A stretch of 64,000 nucleotides of DNA from a virus: the UHGV virus genome UHGV-0332176; one strand, 5' to 3'. The translations under genes and the position numbers were made by a program. Below the pieces are notes generated by a model, which did not search any database, had not been told where the DNA came from, and saw only the letters and a list, made by a program, of their open reading frames with translations. Below, piece by piece: positions 8,477 to 19,087 of the stretch (position 1 is the stretch's first letter; each line of letters starts with the position of its first letter).

Positions 8477-9838
8477 ATGAATATTTTATTAGAGCAATTA
8501 TTAATGAGTGAATTTACATTTGGTTTTGAATTAGAAGCCTATGTTGACCCATATAAAATTCCATTAAAAAATAATGAAAAATGGGAAAATATTAAACATT
8601 TTCCAACAAATAAAGTAATAACTTATATTGATAAACCATCCCTATTTAAAAATTTAGAATATTTTTTTAAAAATAATTTTTTTGGAATTAATAGTAATTT
8701 AACAGTTGAAGAAGATAATTCATTAAAATATAATGGATTTGAAATGCAATCTCCTGTTTTTAATTTAACTCCATTAAATATTTCACAATGTATAAAATTT
8801 TTATCTTCATTAAATAAAAATGAATATAAAATTTATACTGATAATAGTTGTGGTTTTCATACTCATTTTGCTTTTCCCGAAATAACTCCTGAAGATATAT
8901 ATTGGATTGAATGTCATTTGGCATTAGATAATCAAATGAAAGAAATTTTATCTTCAATTACAACAGAAGATAATGTAACTATTAATTTTATCACCGAAAA
9001 ATATTCTTCAGATGAATATTTAGATGATTTAAAAAATGCTATATTAAATGATAATTTTGAAGAAATTGCATATATTATGTCAGAAGAAAAAATGAGATTG
9101 TTAAGAAATCATCCTCAAGGAACTATTGAATGGAGAGGTCCAAGAAATTTTCTAAATAAACAAAATGTTAATGACATTAAAACATTTTTTATGAAAATAT
9201 ATACTTTTGCAAAATGGATTTCTGAAATATTAGATAAAAAAGAAATTAATGGCTATGATAAACAAACATTTTTAAATTTAATTAATGAATTTCATCCTCA
9301 ATACAAAAAAACATTTAAAAAATCATCAAAAATTGAAAAAATTATTGATAAAATCATTAATAAACCATCTTCTTTATTATATGCAAATTTTTCTTTACAC
9401 GATACTATTGATATTATTGATAAACTTTTTAAAAAATTAGGAGCAGAAAAATTTAATTCATTTATTATGAATTTTGCAACACGTGAAATTCCATCAAAAG
9501 TTTTAACAGGAATTTTAATGGTTGACCCAACTTTTTTTCGTTATTCTATTCAACATCAATCATTGCCAATTAAAGAATTAAATATAATAAATCCATTTTA
9601 TATTGCAGATATTTTTGAACAAAATAAAAAATATATTTCATTAAACGACATAAAAGATATTATTGAAAATGGAGAATTAACATATTTAACGATTTTTCCA
9701 ATTCTTTCAGAAATTTCAAAAAAACTCCATAAAAATATTTTTACTAAAAAAATATTATCAGCAATTTCACTAAAATATAATGTACCATATAATGAAGTTG
9801 TTCAAGATGCACAAGAATTTATTATTGAATTTCATTAA
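8477..9838 (+). CDS. Hypothetical protein (453 aa); N-terminal FGFELEAYV resembles the start of phage amidoligase-type enzymes
   Basis: ORF with an AAAGGGG RBS. The motif resemblance is weak. Confidence 0.45.
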   Translation: MNILLEQLLMSEFTFGFELEAYVDPYKIPLKNNEKWENIKHFPTNKVITYIDKPSLFKNLEYFFKNNFFGINSNLTVEEDNSLKYNGFEMQSPVFNLTPLNISQCIKFLSSLNKNEYKIYTDNSCGFHTHFAFPEITPEDIYWIECHLALDNQMKEILSSITTEDNVTINFITEKYSSDEYLDDLKNAILNDNFEEIAYIMSEEKMRLLRNHPQGTIEWRGPRNFLNKQNVNDIKTFFMKIYTFAKWISEILDKKEINGYDKQTFLNLINEFHPQYKKTFKKSSKIEKIIDKIINKPSSLLYANFSLHDTIDIIDKLFKKLGAEKFNSFIMNFATREIPSKVLTGILMVDPTFFRYSIQHQSLPIKELNIINPFYIADIFEQNKKYISLNDIKDIIENGELTYLTIFPILSEISKKLHKNIFTKKILSAISLKYNVPYNEVVQDAQEFIIEFH

Positions 9839-9869
9839 TAAAAAGAGGGATAAAAATCCCTCTTTTTTA
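9839..9869. terminator. Bidirectional terminator between convergent genes
   Basis: The inverted repeat AAGAGGGA-TAAAAA-TCCCTCTT is followed by a T-run. Confidence 0.6.
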
Positions 9870-10442
9870 AACTATTTGAATTCTTAATAAGTAATCAAAT
9901 ACCAATGTAATATTTGAAGTTTTAGATATTGGATAATGGCAAATATGAGTTATTAAATCACCTTTGCTTGTTCTCAATCCCACTTCAGAAAATGTATATT
10001 CCGAAATAATTTGTGAATCATTATTTAAAACATTTTGTTCAGTTGGCTCACCTTTTTCTAATGTACAATGAACTAAAATATCCGAAAATACATTACCAGT
10101 AACGTGAGATACTGTCATATAATTACGAGTTTTCTCTAAATTATCAGTTATAGAATGTTGGTCAACAACTTTATAATATGTTTCATTATATAAAGAAGCT
10201 GTACGACCAATTGTTTGTGGTGTACTATATAAAAATTCATTTGATGCATTTACACGAACACCACCATTACCAAATACTAATTGAGTAATATAACCACCAT
10301 TATTTGATAATGAATTAGCTAATGCAATTGAAAAATTTTCAGGGTGAATATCATTATGAACATCTAATAAAACTTTTCCTGTTTCTTCTTCGTGAATTCT
10401 TAAATGACCTTTAATTTTTGGTTGACCATAATCTTTAAACAT
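9867..10442 (-). CDS. Hypothetical protein (191 aa), possibly structural
   Basis: ORF with no motifs recognised. Confidence 0.5.
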   Translation of the reverse strand: MFKDYGQPKIKGHLRIHEEETGKVLLDVHNDIHPENFSIALANSLSNNGGYITQLVFGNGGVRVNASNEFLYSTPQTIGRTASLYNETYYKVVDQHSITDNLEKTRNYMTVSHVTGNVFSDILVHCTLEKGEPTEQNVLNNDSQIISEYTFSEVGLRTSKGDLITHICHYPISKTSNITLVFDYLLRIQIV

Positions 10443-10497
10443 AAATTATCCTTTATTACATATACAAATATTTATTATTAAAAGATTATAAAAAATA

Positions 10498-10526
10498 ATT
10501 TGTGGATATTTATTAAATATCCACAA
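10498..10526. promoter_or_regulatory. 29-nt perfect palindrome abutting RBS of paralogue B
   Basis: In TTTGTGGATATTTA-T-TAAATATCCACAAA the central TATTTATTAAATA is identical to the element at 3511-3539, while the arms differ with compensatory changes. Confidence 0.5.
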
Positions 10527-10535
10527 AGGGGATAA

Positions 10536-10880
10536 ATGATGGCTGATATAAGTAAAATAGATATGGAAAGAATCAATGGATTAATTGATAAATTAAATTC
10601 AATGAAATATGTTATTGAAACTTTATCAGAAGAAAATAATTGGTATAGAATTTGGTCAGATGGTTGGATTGAACAAGGTGGTTATATGCCAGCAGGAATT
10701 TCTGATACAATAACATTTATAAAACCGTTTACAAATACTGAATATTTTTCTGTTTTTACACCATATAAAAATATGGGGTCACACATTGTATATATAAAAT
10801 CCAAATATAATGATAGAATTTCAATATATAATGGAGATAGTAAAGAAAATCCAATTTCTTGGTATGCTTGTGGATATTAA
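10536..10880 (+). CDS. Small protein, paralogue B of MADISKIDM...WYACGY family
   Basis: A 114-aa ORF whose 5' and 3' ends are near-identical at nucleotide level to 3549-3926. The middle is diverged (~45% aa identity). Confidence 0.6.
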   Translation: MMADISKIDMERINGLIDKLNSMKYVIETLSEENNWYRIWSDGWIEQGGYMPAGISDTITFIKPFTNTEYFSVFTPYKNMGSHIVYIKSKYNDRISIYNGDSKENPISWYACGY

Positions 10881-10909
10881 AAAAGAGAGGATTAATCCTC
10901 TCTTTTTTA
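10880..10909. terminator. Bidirectional terminator overlapping nrdD stop codon
   Basis: The inverted repeat AAGAGAGGAT-TA-ATCCTCTCTT is followed by TTTTT. Confidence 0.6.
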
Positions 10910-13045
10910 ACCGTGTAATGAATCATCAATAAATGTTCTACGTTGAAATTCCCAATTTCTTCTTGTTGGATTCCACGAATCAACGGGAACAAAGAAACCA
11001 ACAACACGAGTAAAATATTGCATATGTTCATTATGACCACATTTTGAACAACTTGCAACTTTATGGTCATAAACAGCACCGCATTTTGGACATTTTGAAT
11101 ATACTGAATTTAATACAAAATGTTCACAACCACATTTAATAGCATATAAAATAATTTTTCTATTTTGTGCAGATGTTGTTTTAGAACCCAATTGAGCGTG
11201 AACAATACCGCCACCTGTTAATAATTGATTATATTTGCCATCAGCTTCTAATTTTTCCCAAATAGTTGCATCTTCCCATAATGGAACAAATTGATTAGCA
11301 TATAATGGAGCATCAATAATATTTTCATTGAAAATTAAGTTATCAACAGTTGCTAATCTAACAGCATAAGATTCACCAGGAATTTGTTCAATATTAGAAA
11401 ATAAACCTAATTCTTTTGCATATTCAGCAGAATGTTTATTTAAATATACTAAATAATCATTCATAACATCTTGACCTTCAGTAATTTCATCTGCAAATTT
11501 AGTTTCAAGAATTTTCTTTGCTTCAACAACACCCAAAATACCAAATGTTGAAAATAATCTATCCATACGAATCCAGCCACGAGTAATAAATGGTTCAAGA
11601 CCTTTTTCTTCCATTTTACCAATTAATACTTTATGAGCTTTTAAAACTTTTGCTGCTCCACGAATTCTTTTATCAAGAATATGATAAAAATCCTCTAATG
11701 AATTTGCTTCATAAGCAATACGAGCAAAATTAATAGTTACAACACGGTGAGAACCCATTGAAACAGTTGAACCACCAAATGAATTTACAGAAGAACCCAT
11801 ATCAAGTAATTCAGCATCATTAATTAAACGACAACAAGATGCAACTTTTGTCCCCTTTGAAGTAAAAATATTAAATCTTGTAATATCTCGTTGACATACA
11901 AAATCAAAGAATTTTTCATCTAAAACATTACCTTCATCATCTTTTGATATATTCATAGTTGTAACAGGAAAACGATAAGGAATACCATTATTTAATGGGT
12001 CACCTTTTTCGTGAAATTTAGCATATATTTCTTGTAATTCACTAATATAATTAATGACAAATTCTTTCCATTCATCAGCAGACATCTTATCTTCTAAACC
12101 ATTATCAATAGCAATATCTTTTTTATTTGCAAAATACCATCCATAATTATCTTGACCTATTAAACCAGCTAATTTAACTCTATCAAATAAAGAAATATTA
12201 GTGAATGGAGATTCTACACCATTTCTTGATAAATGGTTTACTGAATGAACAAATGTTTGAAAACAATTTTCAATATATTTTCTCATTTTTGGGTCATTTT
12301 TAACAACTTCAAATGGAACACGTTGTTTATAAATTAAAATATGAGCAATATCAAGGAAAAATGTTCCAACAGCAATAGCACCTGCTAAATGTGAAGACAT
12401 TTGATGAACTGTTTCATCTAATGCTGAAATATAAGAATCAACTCTATGAACTGGTGCAGATGGTAATTGACCAAATTTACGACCTTCAAGAACTAATTTA
12501 GAAGCATCTAATGCCCAGCAGTAAGGAATTAAAATATTTGTAGAATCTGATAAACCTAATGAAAAATCATATAAATCACCTGATAATACTTTTGCTTCAG
12601 CTTGACCATATAAATCTTTCATAACACCATAAAGCATATGATAACCAATTAATTTACGGTTAGAAGCTGTAATTTCATTATTTACACCAGCAATTGTTTT
12701 TTCATTTTTATTAGAATTATCGTCAATAGATACATCATTAACACGAGAATCTAAAATTTTAGCAAAATTTGCCAAGGTATCAAAATTAGTTGCATCTAAT
12801 CCGTGAATTTTTAAAATTTTTGAAGTTAATTCTTTTAATTCACCATTTGAAAAACCATATTTCTTTTTCAATGCTGATGCTAATGTTTTTTTAATATTTT
12901 TAATAGTTCTTGTAGTTTCAGCATTAATTAAAATATCATCAGAAACTTTATCTAATTCTTTCTTAAAATCTTCATCTTCATAATAAGAATCAACAATTGT
13001 TGGACTCTTAACATTTAATATTTTTTTAACTGCCAATTCAGACAT
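10907..13045 (-). CDS. nrdD: Anaerobic ribonucleoside-triphosphate reductase (class III RNR)
   Basis: The C-terminal Zn ribbon CPKCG...CSKCG is followed by the glycyl-radical motif RVVGFF. The internal GGSTVSMGSHRVVTINFARIA aligns with T4 NrdD LGVVTLNLPRIA. Confidence 0.9.
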   Translation of the reverse strand: MSELAVKKILNVKSPTIVDSYYEDEDFKKELDKVSDDILINAETTRTIKNIKKTLASALKKKYGFSNGELKELTSKILKIHGLDATNFDTLANFAKILDSRVNDVSIDDNSNKNEKTIAGVNNEITASNRKLIGYHMLYGVMKDLYGQAEAKVLSGDLYDFSLGLSDSTNILIPYCWALDASKLVLEGRKFGQLPSAPVHRVDSYISALDETVHQMSSHLAGAIAVGTFFLDIAHILIYKQRVPFEVVKNDPKMRKYIENCFQTFVHSVNHLSRNGVESPFTNISLFDRVKLAGLIGQDNYGWYFANKKDIAIDNGLEDKMSADEWKEFVINYISELQEIYAKFHEKGDPLNNGIPYRFPVTTMNISKDDEGNVLDEKFFDFVCQRDITRFNIFTSKGTKVASCCRLINDAELLDMGSSVNSFGGSTVSMGSHRVVTINFARIAYEANSLEDFYHILDKRIRGAAKVLKAHKVLIGKMEEKGLEPFITRGWIRMDRLFSTFGILGVVEAKKILETKFADEITEGQDVMNDYLVYLNKHSAEYAKELGLFSNIEQIPGESYAVRLATVDNLIFNENIIDAPLYANQFVPLWEDATIWEKLEADGKYNQLLTGGGIVHAQLGSKTTSAQNRKIILYAIKCGCEHFVLNSVYSKCPKCGAVYDHKVASCSKCGHNEHMQYFTRVVGFFVPVDSWNPTRRNWEFQRRTFIDDSLHG

Positions 13046-13079
13046 TTAATTCTCCTTAATCTTATCTCATAAAAATATA

Positions 13080-13592
13080 TTATTTAAAATAGTATAAACC
13101 ATTTTCACTCAAACAACAATAATTTGAGTCAAAAAGTTTTTGATTAGTTGAAGCAAATTTCATATAATCATCAGTTTTTTCAGAAATTTGTGAAATTTTT
13201 TCATCATATAAACCACATTTTAAAAATGTAAATCCTGTAATATTTAATAATTTTACATATTCAACATCGTGTCCTGTATAAACACAAACTTCAAATGGTG
13301 ATTTTTCCAAAAATTCTTTTGTAAATTGATAATTAAAGCACGATAAAGGGTCGCCACCAGATAGTACAACTTTATTTGTATGATGTCTTTTTGATAAAAT
13401 TAATAATTCATTAATTAATTCATCAACTGTATATTCTTTTGTTTCTTCCTTAAAATCTGGATTTTTAAAACCTGGATTTTGACATTTCGGGCATCCGTTA
13501 TCACAACCCATCATTACAACAACTAAACTACAATTTTCTGTATCAGGATAATCAAGCCAAGTTGAAGTAATTGGTTGTAAAATTCGTGTCAT
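13080..13592 (-). CDS. nrdG: Anaerobic RNR activating enzyme (radical SAM)
   Basis: Carries CDNGCPKCQN (CxxxCxxC). It is ~170 aa and lies immediately downstream of nrdD. Confidence 0.85.
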   Translation of the reverse strand: MTRILQPITSTWLDYPDTENCSLVVVMMGCDNGCPKCQNPGFKNPDFKEETKEYTVDELINELLILSKRHHTNKVVLSGGDPLSCFNYQFTKEFLEKSPFEVCVYTGHDVEYVKLLNITGFTFLKCGLYDEKISQISEKTDDYMKFASTNQKLFDSNYCCLSENGLYYFK

Positions 13593-13710
13593 TTTTATTC
13601 TCCCTATCGTGAAATGTAATTATATTTATTATTGTTATGTATTTTTCTATTTACATTATTTTTACAAAAAATATAGTAAAATCAATGAGTTATTGTTTTG
13701 TCAATTTTTG

Positions 13711-14121
13711 TTATATAAAATTTTTTATACTGTCAATTAAAACTTGCGAAGTTATAACTTCCTTCAATCTTGGGTGTAATGGTTTGGGTGGATAGTCAAT
13801 ATCAACCCACGCATAACCATCATTTTCGTGATTTAATTTTGGTATAAATTCATTATCTGTTAATAATAAAAATGAATGATATTGAAATTTTTTATCCATT
13901 GATGTAAAACAATTAAAAGCAACCCATTTATTGATTTTTGGTAAAAAACCAATTTCTTCTTCAATTTCTCTTTCTAAACCTTCTAATAATAATTCATCGT
14001 GATGAACTTTACCACCAACTAACCCCCAACGAGAAGGATAAGAACTTATTGAACTTCTTAATAAAAACAAATATCTATTTGTATTAACAGATTTAATTAA
14101 TGCTCCTGCCGATTTTATCAT
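13711..14121 (-). CDS. NUDIX hydrolase
   Basis: A perfect Nudix box: GGKVHHDELLLEGLEREIEEEIGF (Gx5Ex7REUxEExGU). Confidence 0.8.
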   Translation of the reverse strand: MIKSAGALIKSVNTNRYLFLLRSSISSYPSRWGLVGGKVHHDELLLEGLEREIEEEIGFLPKINKWVAFNCFTSMDKKFQYHSFLLLTDNEFIPKLNHENDGYAWVDIDYPPKPLHPRLKEVITSQVLIDSIKNFI

Positions 14122-14207
14122 TTTGACCTCATATTTTTCTTAATATTAACTCAAAATTAAATAGATTTTCAATAATAAATATCTATATTATATAAAGGTT
14201 AAAAAAT

Positions 14208-14981
14208 ATGATTACAGATAATACAAAAGCACGAGAAAAATTAGCTAACGATGTTTTAATTCGTCTTGGTGATACGATGATTGATGTTGAATTATCTCCT
14301 CAACAAATTCAAAAATGTATTGATTTAGCATTTGCTAAACTTAAACAACAAGGAGATGCGTTTGTTGAAGAATCATTAGTATTATTAACATTAAAGAAAA
14401 ATCAAAAAGAATATATTTTACCAGATGAAATTATTGAAATACAACAAATTTATCGTAGAAATTATGGAAGAACATATGGTTCAACTGGTGGTCAAAATAT
14501 AGACCCATTTCAAATGGCGTGGACAAATGTTTATATGGCTGGTGCAATTAATGGTGTAAGAACTGGTGGTTTAGTAACTTATGAATTACATAATGATTAT
14601 TTAAAAACAGCTGGTAAAATGTTTGGTATGTATATGAATTATACATTCAATGAAAATACTCATAAATTAATTTTAGCTGAAAATCCACGTGCCGATGATG
14701 AAGTTATTTTATTACATTCATATGTTGATAAGCCAGAATATGAATTAATTCAAGATAGATATGCAGGTTTATGGATAGAAAATTGGACATTAGCTGAAGC
14801 TAAAGAAATTCTTGGAACAATTCGTAATCGTTTTGGTAATTTACCAGGTCCAAATGGTACTGTTGTTCAAGATGGAGCTGAATTAAAACAAGAAGCTAAA
14901 ACAATGAAAGAAGAATTAACTAAAGATTTAATGAATTTTGTACCAGGTGGTGATATTCCACTTATGCCATTTTTAGGTTAG
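14208..14981 (+). CDS. Hypothetical protein (257 aa)
   Basis: ORF with no motifs. Confidence 0.5.
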   Translation: MITDNTKAREKLANDVLIRLGDTMIDVELSPQQIQKCIDLAFAKLKQQGDAFVEESLVLLTLKKNQKEYILPDEIIEIQQIYRRNYGRTYGSTGGQNIDPFQMAWTNVYMAGAINGVRTGGLVTYELHNDYLKTAGKMFGMYMNYTFNENTHKLILAENPRADDEVILLHSYVDKPEYELIQDRYAGLWIENWTLAEAKEILGTIRNRFGNLPGPNGTVVQDGAELKQEAKTMKEELTKDLMNFVPGGDIPLMPFLG

Positions 14982-14989
14982 GATTAAAA

Positions 14990-16693
14990 ATGAAATATAA
15001 TCATATATTAAATAAAACAATTAACAAATATAACAATGTATTATTTAAAAATGCTATCCTTTTTGAAGGAATTGAAGATTTAAAACGATATTTTCCAAAA
15101 TTAAATGATGAAACATTACATAAATTAGTTGCATTAGACCCAACATATAAAGGCGGAGACCAATTAGGAAAATATGGAAAATGGATTATTAAACTTTTTT
15201 ATAATACACTTAAAAATGATGAAAATAAAAAACAATATCAAGAATTATTAAAACAATATCCAGATGGAATTAATCCTAAAACAGGTCAAAAATTTCAAGA
15301 ACCCGTTAAATTACCATCTATTCAAAAAGAAGATTTATATAAATTAACCAATTCATTAAAACAATATGATATTTACAAAAAAGAAATTGGTAAACCTCTT
15401 GATGCTTTCAAAACATTGCCTGAATTAGATTCTGTATTATCTAATATCAAAAATCAAGGCATACCAACAAATGATTTAGCTTTAAAAAGATATAATATTT
15501 TTAAAAAAGGTGAAAGTAAAGGTTTAAAGAAAATTTATGAAGACAATAAATGGATAATTGGTATACCGACTACAAAAGAATCATCTTGTTTATTTGGAGA
15601 TGATACTTCTTGGTGTACAACTTCTCAAGGACAATATTATGACCATTATACTAAACAAGGTCCTTTATACATTAATTTAAATAAGGAAGATGGTAAATTA
15701 TATCAATTTCATTTTGAAACAGATTCATTTATGAACGAACACGATAATTCAATAGATATGGAAAATTTTTCAGAAGAAAATCCTCAACTTGTTGAATTTT
15801 ATAAAACATATTTAAATAAAAAGAATCAAGAAGAAACTCCAGAAGTTAAAACTAAACAAATAATTGAAGATAAAACAAAATTAAAAAATTATTTTGAAGA
15901 TGTTGAAATAACAAATGTTGATGACAATTATGTATATGGTAAAATGCGTGTAACAGATATTCCAAATAACGGAAATTCATACCTAGAATATTATGTATAT
16001 CAAGAACCAAGTTATAGAAATGATGATGCACTTTCTTTAGAAACTATTTCAAATATATTAGAAGATGGTGGTATTGATAATTGGTATGATGAAACAAATA
16101 TTAATGATTTAGAATATAATATCAGAGATATAAACTTTGATGAAAAAATGAAATCCTATAATATTAATTGGGATACAATTAAAGATATATACATAAATGA
16201 ATATACTGATGATTTACCAGAAAATATAACCAATAAAATATATGAATTATTTAATGATGTGGAACTTAATCCAGTTGATATATATCGTGACGCAACAAAA
16301 ATTGGAACTGATGATGAATATTATAAACTTGTAACTAATGGATTAATTGATAATTTACCATTAGATAATGAACAACCTTTTGACGGTCAAAATTTAAATA
16401 TTAAATTTCCAATAAAAGATATTACTGATTCTTTTAAAATTAGAGAAGAAGAATTTAATGAAGAAAAAAATGATTATCCTTGGTATAAACAATATAGTTT
16501 TGAATCAGATTATTATGGCGACCAATTAAATTATTGGTTATATAAATGGCGACAAATACATTACAATGAACCAGAATTTACTATTACAGAACCTCATTAT
16601 GGTGTAATGGGTTTTGACGATGAATTTTGGAAAAATGGTATGAAACATTTTATGGAAGAATTAATTACAATTTTAAATTCAAATAAAAAATAA
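14990..16693 (+). CDS. Hypothetical protein (567 aa)
   Basis: ORF separated by 8 nt from the upstream gene. Confidence 0.5.
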   Translation: MKYNHILNKTINKYNNVLFKNAILFEGIEDLKRYFPKLNDETLHKLVALDPTYKGGDQLGKYGKWIIKLFYNTLKNDENKKQYQELLKQYPDGINPKTGQKFQEPVKLPSIQKEDLYKLTNSLKQYDIYKKEIGKPLDAFKTLPELDSVLSNIKNQGIPTNDLALKRYNIFKKGESKGLKKIYEDNKWIIGIPTTKESSCLFGDDTSWCTTSQGQYYDHYTKQGPLYINLNKEDGKLYQFHFETDSFMNEHDNSIDMENFSEENPQLVEFYKTYLNKKNQEETPEVKTKQIIEDKTKLKNYFEDVEITNVDDNYVYGKMRVTDIPNNGNSYLEYYVYQEPSYRNDDALSLETISNILEDGGIDNWYDETNINDLEYNIRDINFDEKMKSYNINWDTIKDIYINEYTDDLPENITNKIYELFNDVELNPVDIYRDATKIGTDDEYYKLVTNGLIDNLPLDNEQPFDGQNLNIKFPIKDITDSFKIREEEFNEEKNDYPWYKQYSFESDYYGDQLNYWLYKWRQIHYNEPEFTITEPHYGVMGFDDEFWKNGMKHFMEELITILNSNKK

Positions 16694-16760
16694 ATATTGT
16701 CATAATCATTCAATTTAATATATGATTGAAATAAAATTTTTATGTGGGAATTTATAATTT

Positions 16761-18662
16761 ATGAAAAATGTATATTTAAATGATAAATATTTTGTGAGCC
16801 TTGATGATTTTAATAAGGATTTGATTGCCCACAAGTCAAATTTTTTTAAAGATTGTCAAGGCTTTTCTTTTATGTCTTTTTTAAAAACTATCTCATACAA
16901 TTTAGATTTCAATTCTAAAAATTATCGTTGGGGAAAACGTTATTTTAATCAAGAAAATAAAGATTTTTGTTGGGTTACTTCCAATGAACAAAAAAAAATA
17001 ATTAAATCTTTATGGGATAAAAATTCTCACAATTATATTCAACAAGAAGTTAATGCAATATTCACATCAGAAATTGTTAATAGTCATTTTATGTCTTGTT
17101 TCAAACCTCAACGAAAAATTAATTTCTATTATAAATTGTCATCATCTGAACAAAAAGAACTTCATAATCATATAGCTTCATTAAAAAATATGTATATGGT
17201 TAATGATAAGACTTATGGTTCTTCACAACAAATTGGTACAGATATTCTTCTAATTGATATTGATAATTATGAAGAAAGACACGCATTAGAAACCTTATCT
17301 TTATTTTTAGATTTTTTAAATATAAAAGTCAAGGATTTAATTTTTATTGAACAAAATGCATTTACAGGCGGTATTCATACAGCATTAAGATTACCACATA
17401 AAATTACTAATATAGAATTTTATCCATTATTAATGAAAGAACTTCAAAAAAATGATATTCGCATTGAATGTAATTTTATTAATACAATTTTAAGATTTCC
17501 ATTATCATTTGAATATGTTGCAATTCAAAAAAATGAAAATATTTTAAATTATGATGAATTCATTCCTGAAACATTATGGGAAAAAACATTTTCAGATTAT
17601 TTAAATAATCTAAATGATAACATTTGTAATTCAGATTATTTAAATAATTTAATAATTTCAACTCATCAACATCAAAAATCATTTGATATATGGGAAAATT
17701 ATTGGAATACTAAAAAAACATTATTTAAAAAGAAATCTAATGCCACTTTTACTAAACAAAATATATATAAATTAGAAAATGGTAAAAGATATGAATCAAT
17801 GTCTAAAATAATTCCATATTGTAAAATGCAGGGAATGGATTTAGATACCATTGTTGATACAATTTTTGAAAATAATGTTAACTCAAAAGATTTAGCTAAA
17901 TGGTCAAAAGATAAATTAAAAAATAATATTAAAAAATTTTATGAAAAATGTCCTGAACAATCTTTTTCAATCATTAAGTCATATAATAATTCATTTATAT
18001 CTAATCTTGCTAAATTACCACAAGTAACTCAAGACTTTTTAAATAATGAAACTTTTAACAAATGGTTTACAAATCGTTTTGTTAAATATTATATGGAAGA
18101 ACGAAATAAACATAATAATTCTTTTAATTCATTTTCAAATGAAAAATTAGAAATTTTAAATAAACAAATACCTTATTTTCTAAAAGAAATAATTGGTAAA
18201 ATGTTTTATGAAATTAATTCAAATAAAGAATATATTAATAAGAGTTTTAATTCAGTTTTAGGTTTTCAAATATCTGATACTTATTTAAAAGCATTACAAG
18301 AGCAATCTATTAAAGAACTTAACTTATCAGGAAGTTTAGCTAAAACATCTCTACAATATCTTAAAAAAGCTCTTATTAAAGCATTATCATTAGAAGAAAT
18401 TAAATATAAAAATAGAACAAGAAATTGGATGTTAGGTTCTTGTAAAGCATTTAAAATTAAAACTATCAATGATTTATATCAATTATTAAATCATTTATTT
18501 AGAGCTTGTTTTAATAATATATATAATAAAGAATTTTTATCCACTAATTATGAATTAAATAATTTACTTATTTTATTTATATCACTCGTTGAAAACTATG
18601 ACATTGTGCAGTATGATGAGGTAAATTATATTTTAGATGCTATTCCAAAAATGCAAACTTGA
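16761..18662 (+). CDS. Hypothetical protein (633 aa); possible archaeo-eukaryotic primase-polymerase-like N-terminal region
   Basis: LLIDIDN (hhhDhD) is followed ~35 aa later by TGGIHTALR (sGxxH-like), which resembles prim-pol motifs I/II. No Walker A was found. Confidence 0.35.
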   Translation: MKNVYLNDKYFVSLDDFNKDLIAHKSNFFKDCQGFSFMSFLKTISYNLDFNSKNYRWGKRYFNQENKDFCWVTSNEQKKIIKSLWDKNSHNYIQQEVNAIFTSEIVNSHFMSCFKPQRKINFYYKLSSSEQKELHNHIASLKNMYMVNDKTYGSSQQIGTDILLIDIDNYEERHALETLSLFLDFLNIKVKDLIFIEQNAFTGGIHTALRLPHKITNIEFYPLLMKELQKNDIRIECNFINTILRFPLSFEYVAIQKNENILNYDEFIPETLWEKTFSDYLNNLNDNICNSDYLNNLIISTHQHQKSFDIWENYWNTKKTLFKKKSNATFTKQNIYKLENGKRYESMSKIIPYCKMQGMDLDTIVDTIFENNVNSKDLAKWSKDKLKNNIKKFYEKCPEQSFSIIKSYNNSFISNLAKLPQVTQDFLNNETFNKWFTNRFVKYYMEERNKHNNSFNSFSNEKLEILNKQIPYFLKEIIGKMFYEINSNKEYINKSFNSVLGFQISDTYLKALQEQSIKELNLSGSLAKTSLQYLKKALIKALSLEEIKYKNRTRNWMLGSCKAFKIKTINDLYQLLNHLFRACFNNIYNKEFLSTNYELNNLLILFISLVENYDIVQYDEVNYILDAIPKMQT

Positions 18663-18770
18663 AAGATAATTAATTTTTTATAAAAAAAGCATTTACATTT
18701 AGAAAAATAATTATAAACTATAATATAAAATAATATTATAGATATTTAATTTTGTGTAAGGAGTGAAATT

Positions 18771-19061
18771 ATGCTTAGTGCATTGCTGACTGTTTTATCT
18801 TTTTTTGTAATTTATTTGCTTATAGGAGTAATTGTTTTTGGATTTTTGTATGTTTATAGTGATACTGGTTCAGAATGGGATATTACTAATATAGATTGTG
18901 ATGAACAAATTTTGGTTTGGATATTATGGGTAGTATTTCTTATTATTTTTTTGTTTCAAAGAATTGGTAAACAATATATTAGATTATTAAAAAACATACG
19001 TAATGATGTATTAAAAAATAATAAAAATACATTGACAAATAAAAATAATGATATAAAATAA
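18771..19061 (+). CDS. Small membrane protein (2 TM), tandem paralogue 1
   Basis: An AAGGAG RBS is present. Hydrophobic helices and the motif YLLIGxVxFGxLYVYxD are shared with the next gene. Confidence 0.55.
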   Translation: MLSALLTVLSFFVIYLLIGVIVFGFLYVYSDTGSEWDITNIDCDEQILVWILWVVFLIIFLFQRIGKQYIRLLKNIRNDVLKNNKNTLTNKNNDIK

Positions 19062-19087
19062 TAGTAAATTAATCGCAATACTCGGTA

